Of a stretch of DNA of 64,000 bases, positions 10,939-21,272 are shown piece by piece. Numbering within the stretch: position 1 is the first letter of the stretch; each line of letters opens with the position of its first letter. The position numbers were made by a program, and so were the translations under genes. The notes under the pieces are model-generated. The model saw only the letters and a program-made list of their open reading frames with translations. It was not told the DNA's origin and did no database searches. This stretch comes from a virus (Duplodnaviria; Heunggongvirae; Uroviricota; Caudoviricetes), in IMG/VR virus record IMGVR_UViG_3300028886_000065; one strand, given 5' to 3'.

Positions 10939-11466
10939 ATGAAAAAGACAAGAAAAATGAATGAACTGAACAAAGACCTGAGAAACCAGGCAATACACCT
11001 CGGACTATGCAACGAATGGCAGAAACTCTGGCAGAAAGGATGGAGCAAAGAGAAGATGGTGGAAATGATGTTTCGTGGACTCGATTTCTGCCTAAAGTTC
11101 CACTTTCCTGCAAACGAATACATACTGAAACATTTCGACAAAGACTTTCTGCGTAATGCTGGAATATTCGTCAACGACAAATACAGCGTACTGAATCCTA
11201 AGCAAATTCTTATACTCGGTACATCGGATATCACCATACGCTACAACACATGGAATCACGGGAATATACACATACGTGATAACTCTTCACTGAAACTGAC
11301 GGCACGCAACCGTAGCTTCGTGATAGTACACCTCTATGAAAACGCAAGCCTCACGGCTGAACAATTTGACAAGGCTCAAATCGTAGTGATAAAACATTCC
11401 ATCAAGGCGAATGTCATTGCAGACAAAAACGTCAAAGTTCGAGAAGAATTAGACTACCTCAAATAG
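10939..11466 (+). CDS. Moron gene: hypothetical protein on the opposite strand, inserted between the tape-measure and Dit genes.
   Basis: 175 aa (an alternative start MNELNKDL lies at 10957). It has its own promoter-like motif upstream and a hairpin terminator (aaaggcg...cgccttt) at about 11518-11552. I recognise no similarity. Confidence 0.5.
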   Translation: MKKTRKMNELNKDLRNQAIHLGLCNEWQKLWQKGWSKEKMVEMMFRGLDFCLKFHFPANEYILKHFDKDFLRNAGIFVNDKYSVLNPKQILILGTSDITIRYNTWNHGNIHIRDNSSLKLTARNRSFVIVHLYENASLTAEQFDKAQIVVIKHSIKANVIADKNVKVREELDYLK

Positions 11467-11600
11467 CGAACAACACAAACACAAAATATACTATTTTCTG
11501 ATTCATAATTCTGAAAAGAAAGGCGACCGTCCGTGATGGATAGCCGCCTTTCATCTTATCTATATTGGTTCTGTTTGTTGCTATTTGATAGCAACTAATC

Positions 11601-14600
11601 TTATCTCATTGCGAAAGTCTCTATTCCGTTAACCACATTGTCAATACGCGAACGCAGACTATGTATCTCATCATACATAGCACCGCGACCATCCCTCATC
11701 ATTTCCATCATCGCCTGAACGTTGCTGTCTATGTGATTCACGACTCGCACATGATTCACAAACGCAGAATAGTATTCCGGCCAAAGTTGTGCTACAAACT
11801 GATTCATGAGGATGCGCTGGATGGCAACATCTTGGCGCAAAGTGTTCACATAACCTGCCAGCAAGTCACTCGTCTCTTCACTCGTACCACGTATGCCGCT
11901 ACTCAAAGTATTGACACTTTCGTTCATCACGGAAAGTCCAGCGTTGTTCAATCCACGTTCAAAAGAGTTCATAAACGCCAAAGCTGACGTGATGGTTTCC
12001 TCGCCTTCACCACCTTTTCCAAAAAAGTCTGTGACGGTCTGGGTTACTGCAGCTGCACTGCTCTTTGGGTCTTTGACATTGAAGACACCATCATGCTTTT
12101 GACCATTCTCGTCGGTATATCCAAACAGTTTCTTTTCCAGATTATCAAACATCGGTTGAAGTATTGCCATCTGCATCATCTTGTTCATCACACTTTGCAA
12201 GATACTCTTCACGGTGTCCTGATATGCCTTCGCCGCACTCTCGCCATTTTCAAATGCGGTACATAAGGCATCACTTAGCTGGTCTGCCCAACTCTTGACA
12301 TCAATATCCCACAACTCTTTGGCAATGTCTTCGGCAAAGAAACGGATCTGCTCGTCCAACTCGGCTATCTTCTGCTTATATTGCAACAATGCTTCCTCGG
12401 AAGAGTTCTTCTTATCGTCTTCTTCGTTATACATATTCATATATGCATCACGGGTTGCACGGAGATTGGCAAGTTCCTGAGCATAGCCACTGCCGCCACC
12501 ATTCTGTTCATAGAACTGTTTCATCGCCTTGCTCGCGGCATCCAAACCGCTATAGGTGGATGCAAGATACTTGCGCAACTGACCCGTATCATAACCCAGA
12601 GTCCTATCACGGAACATTTTGATAGCGGAAGTATTCGCCTCCAACGCGGAAACATTACGCTCCAGTTCCTCTATGTGACGCTGGTTCTTCTTGTCATACA
12701 AATGCGCAAAAGCTGTAATGGGACTTACAATCATCTCAATAGGAGAACTTATAGCACTACTGACCAAACCGCCAATGTTTCCACTTAGAGCATTCTGAAC
12801 AAGATCGCCTACTGGCGTGAATACAGAACTTACAGCACCAATACCATCGGCGATGTCACTCCATGTATCTGAGGCACTACGATTGCCTAAAGCTTCAAAC
12901 ATTTCAGACAAACTCTTTGCAGATTTCTGGAAACCGTCAAGAACACCATTGACGGATTGCAGTATGGTTTGGAAAATATTGAGAACAGAAACAGCAGAGG
13001 TTAGTTTGGATTGCAGTTTCGTTAGATGTTCAAGTTCTTTCGCTTCTTCTGAGGTAAGACCATCTTCTGAGTTTTGCTTTGTACGCAAAGCGGAAATACG
13101 CTCATTGACTTTAGTTTGACTACCATTCAGACCACCATTCATGAACGATGTAAAGGGCGTACTCTTTCCAAAGAAACTACTCTCGTCAAACTTTTGTACG
13201 ATGTCATCCAGTTTCTTCATTTCTTCCGCATATTCCTTGGCTGTAATAACACCTACACGCAAACGTTCATTCAGATTGTTCTTGATGGCATCGGCGGCAG
13301 AATAAACTTCACGGCGCGTCATACCAAGGGAGTTATTCATCAGATTGACATAACCAGAAGAAAGTTTCAGCTTCTCTGTCATGGCGTTGACTTCTGCTAT
13401 ATCATTCGCGAGGTCTGCCATTTCCTGAGTTATCATCACACCTGTCTGCTCGTCAGTTTTCCCGACGAGAGACTGATTTGACTCTTTCTGTTTCTTCAAC
13501 TCATCATCTATCTTCCTCAACTGAGCTTCATAACTCACAACAGAACCTATCAACTTGGCAAAAGATGTCACATCATCCTTGATCACCTGTAGCTGTAACT
13601 TCTGCCACTCTTTATAAGCCTTCAGCAAACCTTCTATCTTTGTCCTATACGTTTCTATCTGCTCGATGCCATCAGCCATCGGAATCGCACCAACTAATTT
13701 TCTTCTCAGACTTTCCTCATCTATATGAACATCAAGTGAAATACCTGCTGCAAGTTCACCGCCAGCAAGACGTAACTGACGCAATAATTCATCTTTCAGC
13801 GCATCTGCAGAAGTACGCATACCAGACTCCGTAGTTCCCAAACCTGCAACCTGCGAAGACCAAGACACATTACCAGTAGCATCTCGGACACTATTGAAAA
13901 TATCCCATCTGTAAGTCAGGTCTTCTATCTGCTTTGTCAGTTCAGAGATAAATGCCGTACTCGAACGCTCAAACTCGCCCTTTTCAATGGAGTTCAAGGC
14001 GTTTGCCAACTCGCGTAAGTTCTTGATGTCATTCGCGATTTTCGTGTCTTTCTGCTTGCCATTCGGAAGTTTCTTGTCGGACTGATAACGGGCATCTATC
14101 TCCTTACGTATCAGCTTCAAGGCGTTGGCATAGTGCTCCAAATCGTCAAGGTCGCCCGGCTTCAACACCTTGTCAACACCAACCAAATTCGCGAATTGTT
14201 CCTTGACCTTTGCCTGAGCCGCATCTTTGCCTATCTTCTTTTCCCAATAGTCATACTCACGGCGAGCCTCCTGTATCAACTTGATACGCTGCTGCCACAC
14301 CTCTGACTCCTTATCCTTATAGCCACCCTTATCCTTGTCGGCATCGCCATATTGATTGGAATCTTTCTGGGATTGGCGAAGCATCTTTTCTTCTTCTGCA
14401 ATTTGTTTCAAGCGAGAGTCAACACGCGCTCTTTCTTCGGCATCACTACGGTAAAAGTCTGACTTCTGTTCATTTAACAGACGCTTGCGTTCCTCATCTA
14501 TTTCTTTAAGTCTCTTCTTTCCCTCATTACCAACATTACTTGCATCCAAACCGCTGAATGTACGCTTATACTTCTCAGCAGTTTTTCGCTGCTCCTCAGC

Positions 14601-17600
14601 AGTTTGCGCTCCATTTCGACTATGTTTTTCCCACTCGTAATAACCAAGCGGATTCTCTCTCTTGAAGTCTTCAAGAAACTCGCTGAACTTATCATCTTCT
14701 ACCTCGTAGTCGATAACAACACCAAACGTAAGTTTCAAGACTGTCTCGCGAGCCTTGTCCTGAGCCTCCTTGCTCGTGTTCTCAATAGAAGAGAAAAGAT
14801 TACGAAGGAACTTGTCAAACTCACGTTTCTGAGCGTCGGTAGCCTTGCTCAAATCAACGTTGAAAGCAGTCTCAAAAGCTTGCTGGAAATCAATAGCGGC
14901 AGATTCCATCTGGCTCGAATCGCTAATCTCCTGCAAGGCAATTAGCATCTTACTACGGGCATGAACGATGTCTTTAAGGGCGTTTCGCGTTGCAGCATCG
15001 GAATGACTGCTACTTAAAATCAAGAATTGCTGTTGCTGCTCTGAAGATAGTCCAAGGAACAATTCACGTCCCGTTTTCAAATCGTCACCTTCTGACGTTA
15101 AACCATTCCATTGCTTCCATTTCAGGATAGCTTGCTTGATCTGCTTACCATTCTTCGCTATCTCTGTCATATAAGCATCGTAGCGTTTCTGGTAATCCTG
15201 TATATCCGTCCTAACATTTTCGCCAAACACAAACCATGAACCACGACCCAAGCCATCATTGATAAGATTCTCAACAACAGGGCGGGTCTCTTCCTGTTTC
15301 GAGGCAACACCACCAATGGCGTTCTTCAATAATTCATACTTCGCCGCAAGAGTGTCAGCTGCTTCTACTTGCTTATGTAATTCATCAGTATATTCACCAG
15401 CAGTACGCAAAGCACTTGTCATTGTACTGATATTATCGCGCAAAGATTCATCAGACAACTTATTGGCATCGGCTAAGTTATTGGTTAGGTCGATTAACTC
15501 CTGATACTTACCATTGTACTTCGCGGCGGTCTTGGCTGTCTCGGCGGTGGCTTCTTTGTTCTCCTGCCAACGATTAAACATTTCAAAAACAGCCGTCATT
15601 GCTAACAATGGCCACAATGTAGCAAATAGAGATTTCAAGGCTGTACCAGCAGCTCGAATACCCTCACCAGCCAAGAACCAACTCCTACGCCAGAAACCCA
15701 AAACACGCACATTGTTGATAAGGGCTGCGTCATAACCTGCCTGACTCACAGCGGCTGCGGCAACGGCTTTATCGACTTTACCCAAGGCTACGGCACGTTG
15801 CAACTCTTCTATCGTAAGTTTCTTTTCGACAATAGCAACCTTCAAACTCGAAGCAGTATAAGTCTGGTTAGTGGTAAGTTGTCTGTATTCTGCCTCTGTC
15901 ACAACACCAGATGCGCGAGCCAGACGCAAATTAGCCTGTTCTCTCGCTACGGTTGCTTTGATTGTCGAAAGGGTTGCTACTGTATTTTGACCAAGGGCGG
16001 TGTTTGTCAGAATTGTTGCAGCGCGCATAGCACCGAAGGAAACTGAGGCAAGCAAAACGTCCTTTCCTATGCGCTCCCAATGTTTGGCCATTTCGGTAAG
16101 CGTCGTGGCAAGAGACTTCAATGCGTCGCCAACACCACCTTCTGCGATCTCGCCATACATGATATCAAAGGCATCACGCAGGTTCTTGAACTTCGCATTC
16201 AGGGCTTCGGACATCGTTTCCTGCGCATTGTAGAACATACCACCGTCATTCGTCAGCTGCTCCAAGATGTCCTTTACATCGTCGTAAGAAACTTCTTTCT
16301 TACGCACACGCTCACGCACTTCTTTGGCTGAAATTCCCATGTTCTCACTAAGCATCCTCAAGACGGGAACATTCGCCATTGCAAATTGACGCAACGTGTA
16401 ACCACTTAATGCGCCCTCACTACGTACATGACCAAGTGCTAACGATAAACGGCTGACTTCCGTACCAGTAGCAGCGGATATGTCGGCCAAACGCTTCGTC
16501 CATTCGTAAAGTTCCTTATATTCAAAGCCGTAAGCAGTCAACTGCTTTGACATCTTATCCAACTCTACGACACCGAATGGCGACTTAATAGCCAATGCCT
16601 TGATCTGGTCAAACAACGTCGTAGCCTGTTCCATGTCACCAAGAATAGCACCGATGCTTAATCGTTGCTGTTCAAGCAAACCACCAGTCTCAATGATACT
16701 GTTCACAAATTGCTGTGCGCCCCATACGCTCAAATACTGCATCGCCATGCTCTTCAAGTCGCTCAACACCTGACTCTGATTACTACCTGCATGGCTGACT
16801 TCATTCATCGTTTGCAACAAACGCTGTTCTTCTGCGGTCAAGGAAGAGGCTGCTTTTGCGGCGGCTTGGTTGGCTTTCTCTATCTGGTATGCAGCATCAG
16901 CACGGGAACGCAACTCAGCACCTGTAGCACGCGCATTGAGATAGCTGGGAGTGCGCATATTGAAAACGTTTAGACCATTGTAGTTACCACCAGATTCTAC
17001 AATCTGTTGTAACATTCGGCGGTATTGGCTAAGTAGTTCAATGCTTTGACGCAACTGGTTCGTATCAAGACCGATACCATTAGCCTTGATTTCGGTACGT
17101 TGCATGGCTGAAATCTGTTTCAGCAAAGAAGCATATTCCTTCTTTGCCTCTATAGCGGGATCTTTCGCACTATTCTTACGATGCTCACGAACTTGTTTGT
17201 TAAGGTTGCTCATCGCGTAGTCGGCCAGCTTGATATATTGACCGTATTCGCGCATCACATTCTTCAAACTCTGACCACTATCTGTCTGACCGCCATTCCT
17301 GCGTATCTGCTCCAGCAAGGTCTTCAACTCTTCAACCTTTGCCTTCTGAGCATCCAGTTCTGTTGTTGGAATGGGAGTTCCTGCGGCATTGGATAAGGCT
17401 TGACGATATTTGTCTATCTTGATGGAAACTTCTGCAATCTTGGTCGAAGACAACTCAAAACTATTCCTCAATTCATTCTGCAAACGATGTTCTTCTCTCG
17501 ACGTTTCACTGACTTCCTTACGTAGCGATTGAAGTGCATTGGAGGCTGACTTGTTCGCATCGGCCAAACCCATATTCCTCACTATCTCATTCGCAGAAGA

Positions 17601-18593
17601 ACCATAGGCAGATGAACCAGTCTTCGCAAAGTGCTGCAATTCTTGCTGTATGGAACGGATGCGTTGGATTGCACCGTCAAGTGCTGTCATATCCATTCCA
17701 CGGAAATCTACCTTTTGAGCATTTAACTTGTCAATCAGTTTTCCAAGATTCTCTGCGGTAGTAACAGCCGGACGAAGGTTCCTTGTATAGCTGTCAATAT
17801 ACTTCTGGAAATCACCTGCATTGCTTAATAGATGTTTGAATAGCGTACCGAAAGTTTGAGTCTGCCAACCGCTACTATACATCATATCCTTGTCATTTTT
17901 GATGGCCTGCAACTTCTTTTCATAAGCATCCAACTGCTGCAAGTAAAACTTCATGCCATGAACATTCATGCCTAAGTCTGTCGCTTCCTTGATGGCTATG
18001 CTGACTTTCGCACGGGCTTCCTGTATGCGGTACAGGGCATCTTCCATCTTCTCAACGTTACGCAAATGGACGCTTGCTGGAGATGTATTCATCTGACCAA
18101 AGCCATTCAACTGATTCATCGTTGTACGGACATTACGAATGACTTCACCCAAACCCGTCATAAAGTTACGCAAACCCTCGTCACTCCCTATCGTGACCTG
18201 AAACTTCTTGAAAGCTTCATTGAGGATATTCACGGATTCTGCACATTTCTCAATGCGCTTGGAATAAGACGTGAAGTTGTCGTTCTGGATAGAGGTCTTG
18301 ATGAGAGTGAGGTCTTCGGCTAACCTGCGCAAAGATTCCCTAACGGCATCCTGTGCTGCCTGTTGCAAACCAGAGGTAGCCTCCTTCAAACCTGCTGCAA
18401 CATCCTTTCCGATATTCTGAACTTGCTGATGCTGCAATGCGGACAAAAGGTTTTGAAGGTCGGTAAGACCATCAACCCTAACGCTGATGGTCTTGTCTTT
18501 GAGCTTCTGAAGCTCTTGCTCTATTTTGTTTAGCTGTCCCGTCGCTTCGTCTTGGATAGCTACATGGAACTTTAGTGGATTTAAATCAGCCAT
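11601..18593 (-). CDS. Tail tape measure protein (2330 aa), TP901/TIGR01760-type.
   Basis: Extensive coiled-coil. It carries the conserved tape-measure core GFEYKELYEWTKRLADISAATGTEVSRLSLALGHVRSEGALSGYTLRQFAMANVPVLRMLSE. It lies downstream of the G/GT chaperones and the major tail protein. Confidence 0.9.
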   Translation of the reverse strand: MADLNPLKFHVAIQDEATGQLNKIEQELQKLKDKTISVRVDGLTDLQNLLSALQHQQVQNIGKDVAAGLKEATSGLQQAAQDAVRESLRRLAEDLTLIKTSIQNDNFTSYSKRIEKCAESVNILNEAFKKFQVTIGSDEGLRNFMTGLGEVIRNVRTTMNQLNGFGQMNTSPASVHLRNVEKMEDALYRIQEARAKVSIAIKEATDLGMNVHGMKFYLQQLDAYEKKLQAIKNDKDMMYSSGWQTQTFGTLFKHLLSNAGDFQKYIDSYTRNLRPAVTTAENLGKLIDKLNAQKVDFRGMDMTALDGAIQRIRSIQQELQHFAKTGSSAYGSSANEIVRNMGLADANKSASNALQSLRKEVSETSREEHRLQNELRNSFELSSTKIAEVSIKIDKYRQALSNAAGTPIPTTELDAQKAKVEELKTLLEQIRRNGGQTDSGQSLKNVMREYGQYIKLADYAMSNLNKQVREHRKNSAKDPAIEAKKEYASLLKQISAMQRTEIKANGIGLDTNQLRQSIELLSQYRRMLQQIVESGGNYNGLNVFNMRTPSYLNARATGAELRSRADAAYQIEKANQAAAKAASSLTAEEQRLLQTMNEVSHAGSNQSQVLSDLKSMAMQYLSVWGAQQFVNSIIETGGLLEQQRLSIGAILGDMEQATTLFDQIKALAIKSPFGVVELDKMSKQLTAYGFEYKELYEWTKRLADISAATGTEVSRLSLALGHVRSEGALSGYTLRQFAMANVPVLRMLSENMGISAKEVRERVRKKEVSYDDVKDILEQLTNDGGMFYNAQETMSEALNAKFKNLRDAFDIMYGEIAEGGVGDALKSLATTLTEMAKHWERIGKDVLLASVSFGAMRAATILTNTALGQNTVATLSTIKATVAREQANLRLARASGVVTEAEYRQLTTNQTYTASSLKVAIVEKKLTIEELQRAVALGKVDKAVAAAAVSQAGYDAALINNVRVLGFWRRSWFLAGEGIRAAGTALKSLFATLWPLLAMTAVFEMFNRWQENKEATAETAKTAAKYNGKYQELIDLTNNLADANKLSDESLRDNISTMTSALRTAGEYTDELHKQVEAADTLAAKYELLKNAIGGVASKQEETRPVVENLINDGLGRGSWFVFGENVRTDIQDYQKRYDAYMTEIAKNGKQIKQAILKWKQWNGLTSEGDDLKTGRELFLGLSSEQQQQFLILSSSHSDAATRNALKDIVHARSKMLIALQEISDSSQMESAAIDFQQAFETAFNVDLSKATDAQKREFDKFLRNLFSSIENTSKEAQDKARETVLKLTFGVVIDYEVEDDKFSEFLEDFKRENPLGYYEWEKHSRNGAQTAEEQRKTAEKYKRTFSGLDASNVGNEGKKRLKEIDEERKRLLNEQKSDFYRSDAEERARVDSRLKQIAEEEKMLRQSQKDSNQYGDADKDKGGYKDKESEVWQQRIKLIQEARREYDYWEKKIGKDAAQAKVKEQFANLVGVDKVLKPGDLDDLEHYANALKLIRKEIDARYQSDKKLPNGKQKDTKIANDIKNLRELANALNSIEKGEFERSSTAFISELTKQIEDLTYRWDIFNSVRDATGNVSWSSQVAGLGTTESGMRTSADALKDELLRQLRLAGGELAAGISLDVHIDEESLRRKLVGAIPMADGIEQIETYRTKIEGLLKAYKEWQKLQLQVIKDDVTSFAKLIGSVVSYEAQLRKIDDELKKQKESNQSLVGKTDEQTGVMITQEMADLANDIAEVNAMTEKLKLSSGYVNLMNNSLGMTRREVYSAADAIKNNLNERLRVGVITAKEYAEEMKKLDDIVQKFDESSFFGKSTPFTSFMNGGLNGSQTKVNERISALRTKQNSEDGLTSEEAKELEHLTKLQSKLTSAVSVLNIFQTILQSVNGVLDGFQKSAKSLSEMFEALGNRSASDTWSDIADGIGAVSSVFTPVGDLVQNALSGNIGGLVSSAISSPIEMIVSPITAFAHLYDKKNQRHIEELERNVSALEANTSAIKMFRDRTLGYDTGQLRKYLASTYSGLDAASKAMKQFYEQNGGGSGYAQELANLRATRDAYMNMYNEEDDKKNSSEEALLQYKQKIAELDEQIRFFAEDIAKELWDIDVKSWADQLSDALCTAFENGESAAKAYQDTVKSILQSVMNKMMQMAILQPMFDNLEKKLFGYTDENGQKHDGVFNVKDPKSSAAAVTQTVTDFFGKGGEGEETITSALAFMNSFERGLNNAGLSVMNESVNTLSSGIRGTSEETSDLLAGYVNTLRQDVAIQRILMNQFVAQLWPEYYSAFVNHVRVVNHIDSNVQAMMEMMRDGRGAMYDEIHSLRSRIDNVVNGIETFAMR

Positions 18594-18650
18594 AATCTAT
18601 ATGTTCTATTTTGTGTTTGTGTTGTCATTTCTGTTCTGTATGTCGCATTG

Positions 18651-18950
18651 TTATTGCGACTGGCTGTTTACCGGAACTTTCTCACCAGTGGCAAGCAGGG
18701 TGTCTAAGCGGAACCCCCTTGCCTCACGCGCCGCCTTTCGCTGCTCCCACTTCTTGACGGCGGCATCAAGTTTCTTCGGATTTGGAACGTAGCCTTTGTC
18801 GCCGGGCCTCAGACCTTTGTTATTGTCATGCTTCTCATAGCACACGATTGGAGCGTCTATGTCTATCAAATCAATCTGAGCCGCTGTGTGCCCCCAATAC
18901 CATTCGTACATGGGGATGCGGTACAGACCAAAGAAGAGATACCTTGGCAT
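18651..18950 (-). CDS. Tail assembly chaperone T-segment ORF. It is probably expressed mainly as the C-terminal part of a G-T fusion made by -1 frameshifting.
   Basis: 99-aa ORF that shares its ATG with the stop of the upstream ORF (TGATG arrangement). The -1 frame from the A9 slippery run in the upstream gene is open all the way into this ORF. Confidence 0.45.
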   Translation of the reverse strand: MPRYLFFGLYRIPMYEWYWGHTAAQIDLIDIDAPIVCYEKHDNNKGLRPGDKGYVPNPKKLDAAVKKWEQRKAAREARGFRLDTLLATGEKVPVNSQSQ

Positions 18951-19510
18951 TACGAGCCATTGGCGTTGTTTGCGGTCTGAGAACGCTCCACCAAACTTTG
19001 TCCTTGAAGGATAGCTTCTACTTCCTCTGTCCGCATCCTCATCAACGTATCCTTTGCCTCGGTCAACGATGTGATAGTACCGTAGAATTGTTTCAGCGGA
19101 ACTTTTTTTTTGCCAACTTCGAGAATCTTGATAAGCTGAATGTTGTCGTACTGCTTAACATAGTAGAACCAACGCCACAACAGCCAATAGCGAAACTTCA
19201 GTTTCCAATACCCATCAAGGATGATTATGGCTGCTGCCTTGCAAGCCAGCTTGCAGTCTTCCAAGATGGCATCATACACATCACCAGCAACCGTGCCAGT
19301 GGCGTTAGCCGATGGTCTGTTCCCTATCAATAGTTTTGTCAGTCTCTCCAACTGACCATTCTTCAACCAGCGAATCTTATACTTCTTATTCGTCCTCAGT
19401 ATCTCTACCTCATCGGGGTCGTTGCTGACCAACGAGAGATAGAGTTGCTGAATGTCAATTGAAGGCTGATCAACCTGCGGCTCTAAGTTTTCTGTATTGC
19501 TGTTTTCCAT
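18651..19510 (-). CDS. Predicted G-T fusion tail chaperone produced by a programmed -1 ribosomal frameshift at the A9 run (plus coordinates 19103-19111).
   Basis: Translating the -1 frame by hand from the slip site gives SSAETILRYYHIVDRGKGYVDEDADRGSRSYPSRTKFGGAFSDRKQRQWLV and then MPRYLFF..., with no stop, running into the 99-aa ORF. This is the conserved G/GT architecture between the major tail and tape-measure genes. Confidence 0.45.
18950..19510 (-). CDS. Tail assembly chaperone (gpG-like).
   Basis: 186 aa, lying between the major tail protein gene and the tape-measure gene. It contains a minus-strand A9 run (plus-strand T9 at 19103-19111) in the context GGC AAA AAA AAA G. Confidence 0.5.
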   Translation of the reverse strand: MENSNTENLEPQVDQPSIDIQQLYLSLVSNDPDEVEILRTNKKYKIRWLKNGQLERLTKLLIGNRPSANATGTVAGDVYDAILEDCKLACKAAAIIILDGYWKLKFRYWLLWRWFYYVKQYDNIQLIKILEVGKKKVPLKQFYGTITSLTEAKDTLMRMRTEEVEAILQGQSLVERSQTANNANGS

Positions 19511-19646
19511 AAACTTTTATATCCGTTAATATGGTTAGGTGTAGCGCGCTTTCGCGCGATAATTAGAAAAAAGGCAGTGGCAGCACTTTCACTACCACTG
19601 CCATTCAGTGTGCCTTGCGGTTTGCAAGCAAGGATTATTCGTCTGC

Positions 19647-20228
19647 CTATACAGCGGCAAGGGTGCAGATACCAAAGGCATCAGTGGATGCACCATTGGC
19701 GATAGCACCAGTAAGTACAACACACAGAGGCTTGTTAGAGCCGTCGAAGATGACCTGAGCCATGAACTTCGCTTTCTTGATGAACAGAAGCATGTCTTCG
19801 GTGTCATTCAGAATGAGCAGACCGAGATAGACAGCCTTCTGAGTCAGAGGATAGGACTTGCCTGTACCTACGGTTGCACCTGCGGAAACAGCAGAAACGC
19901 CAGCGGGGAGTTTGGGAGCGGCGGAAACGCCTTCCATGCCTACCAACTGGAGAATGTTCGTGTTGTGGCAGGGGACTTCCAGCTTGATCTCGCCGTCGCC
20001 GGGAGTGAAGGTGTTGACCCAATCGGTGTTCAGACCCTTGACCTTGAAGTGGTTGATGCTGGGCTGACCTGTGTCGAAGTTGAAGCCCGAATCGTCAGAG
20101 ACGGGAAACTCTACACCATCCGAGGTTGAACAGTCAAGACCTTCGGGAAGACCGCCAGCAATGCCAAATACAGAGCTGATGCCACTGAAGACATCGCTCT
20201 GGAGGTTGATTTTCTTCGTAAATGCCAT
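19647..20228 (-). CDS. Major tail protein (tail tube).
   Basis: 193 aa. It is immediately upstream of the G/GT chaperones. GC-rich hairpins flank the gene on both sides. Confidence 0.55.
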   Translation of the reverse strand: MAFTKKINLQSDVFSGISSVFGIAGGLPEGLDCSTSDGVEFPVSDDSGFNFDTGQPSINHFKVKGLNTDWVNTFTPGDGEIKLEVPCHNTNILQLVGMEGVSAAPKLPAGVSAVSAGATVGTGKSYPLTQKAVYLGLLILNDTEDMLLFIKKAKFMAQVIFDGSNKPLCVVLTGAIANGASTDAFGICTLAAV

Positions 20229-20302
20229 AGTTGTCTAAGTTTTTATGGTTGTGTTTGTTTTGTGTGAATGCTTGAGTGAAGCGCGTATTCGCGCAATTTC
20301 CG

Positions 20303-20722
20303 TTACCTCTCTCGCGCATTGAACTTCGTTCGTAGCTTGAAAGAGATTGATGTAACTTGATAGCCTGTCTCGTCAAAACCTTGCATCAAGACGCGAGGAT
20401 TGCTGGCGGTGACACTCTTTCCGTTGACGGGAAACACGTCTAAGACTTTCTGGATGAGTTCGCTCTGAGAAACGATGTTCAAAGTGCGGTCGGTCTTCGA
20501 TTTGCAGAATACAGAGAAAGTGCCATAGCTATCTACCATCGTATCGCAACTGCCCTTTACCATGCCACGGAGTTCCGTGGGAAGGTCAATGACGATAAAG
20601 TTTGCAATGTCCTCGCCAATAGGTTCGGGGCGACCGAGGAAAGTCTTCTTACCGATGCCCTTAACAGCATTTACAAGGTCATTGTAAATAAGGTATATCA
20701 ATGGTTTCTTTGTAACTGACAT
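20303..20722 (-). CDS. Tail completion, tail terminator or neck protein.
   Basis: 139 aa, placed between the connector genes and the major tail protein gene. Confidence 0.35.
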   Translation of the reverse strand: MSVTKKPLIYLIYNDLVNAVKGIGKKTFLGRPEPIGEDIANFIVIDLPTELRGMVKGSCDTMVDSYGTFSVFCKSKTDRTLNIVSQSELIQKVLDVFPVNGKSVTASNPRVLMQGFDETGYQVTSISFKLRTKFNARER

Positions 20723-20723
20723 A

Positions 20724-21272
20724 TTATTTCCTTATCAACTTCAAATATTGAACACCTACAGACTCCGCATGGGCGTATGACTGCAAGATACCAGTCGTGG
20801 CACGATGTTGCTCTACCCACTTTCCGTATTCAACGGGATAGGCGACAACAATGTCAAACAAGTTGTTTCCGGCAGGAACATAGTCCTGAAAGAAATGACG
20901 CGCATCGTCTTCTCCCCAACCACCATTGGTCTGAACTTCTGGCAGGTAATGACTTTTATCGCCATCATAATCGGGATTGAAACGATAATGTTTGCGAGTA
21001 CGCTTGCGCATCTTTACTTGAATGGCTTTCGGCACATACTGTGCTGCGTAGTAAGCATTGATAGGTTCTTTCTCCCTGTAAAGGCAAACAACTATTGAGT
21101 TCAATAGATTGCCCGTGAAGTTATGTGCGCCCTCTGCGTTTCTGCGCGCATTGATCGCCTCTTGACACAAGTCTGTGCAAAACTTTCGGCATCGCTTTTC
21201 AACTGCATCGAAGATAGCTACCCTATAGTTTGCAATGGCATTGTGAACAATCTGTGCGTTAGTTCCGGGCAT
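20724..21272 (-). CDS. Head-tail joining or neck protein (HK97 gp10-like size and position).
   Basis: 182 aa. Assignment rests on operon position only. Confidence 0.3.
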   Translation of the reverse strand: MPGTNAQIVHNAIANYRVAIFDAVEKRCRKFCTDLCQEAINARRNAEGAHNFTGNLLNSIVVCLYREKEPINAYYAAQYVPKAIQVKMRKRTRKHYRFNPDYDGDKSHYLPEVQTNGGWGEDDARHFFQDYVPAGNNLFDIVVAYPVEYGKWVEQHRATTGILQSYAHAESVGVQYLKLIRK

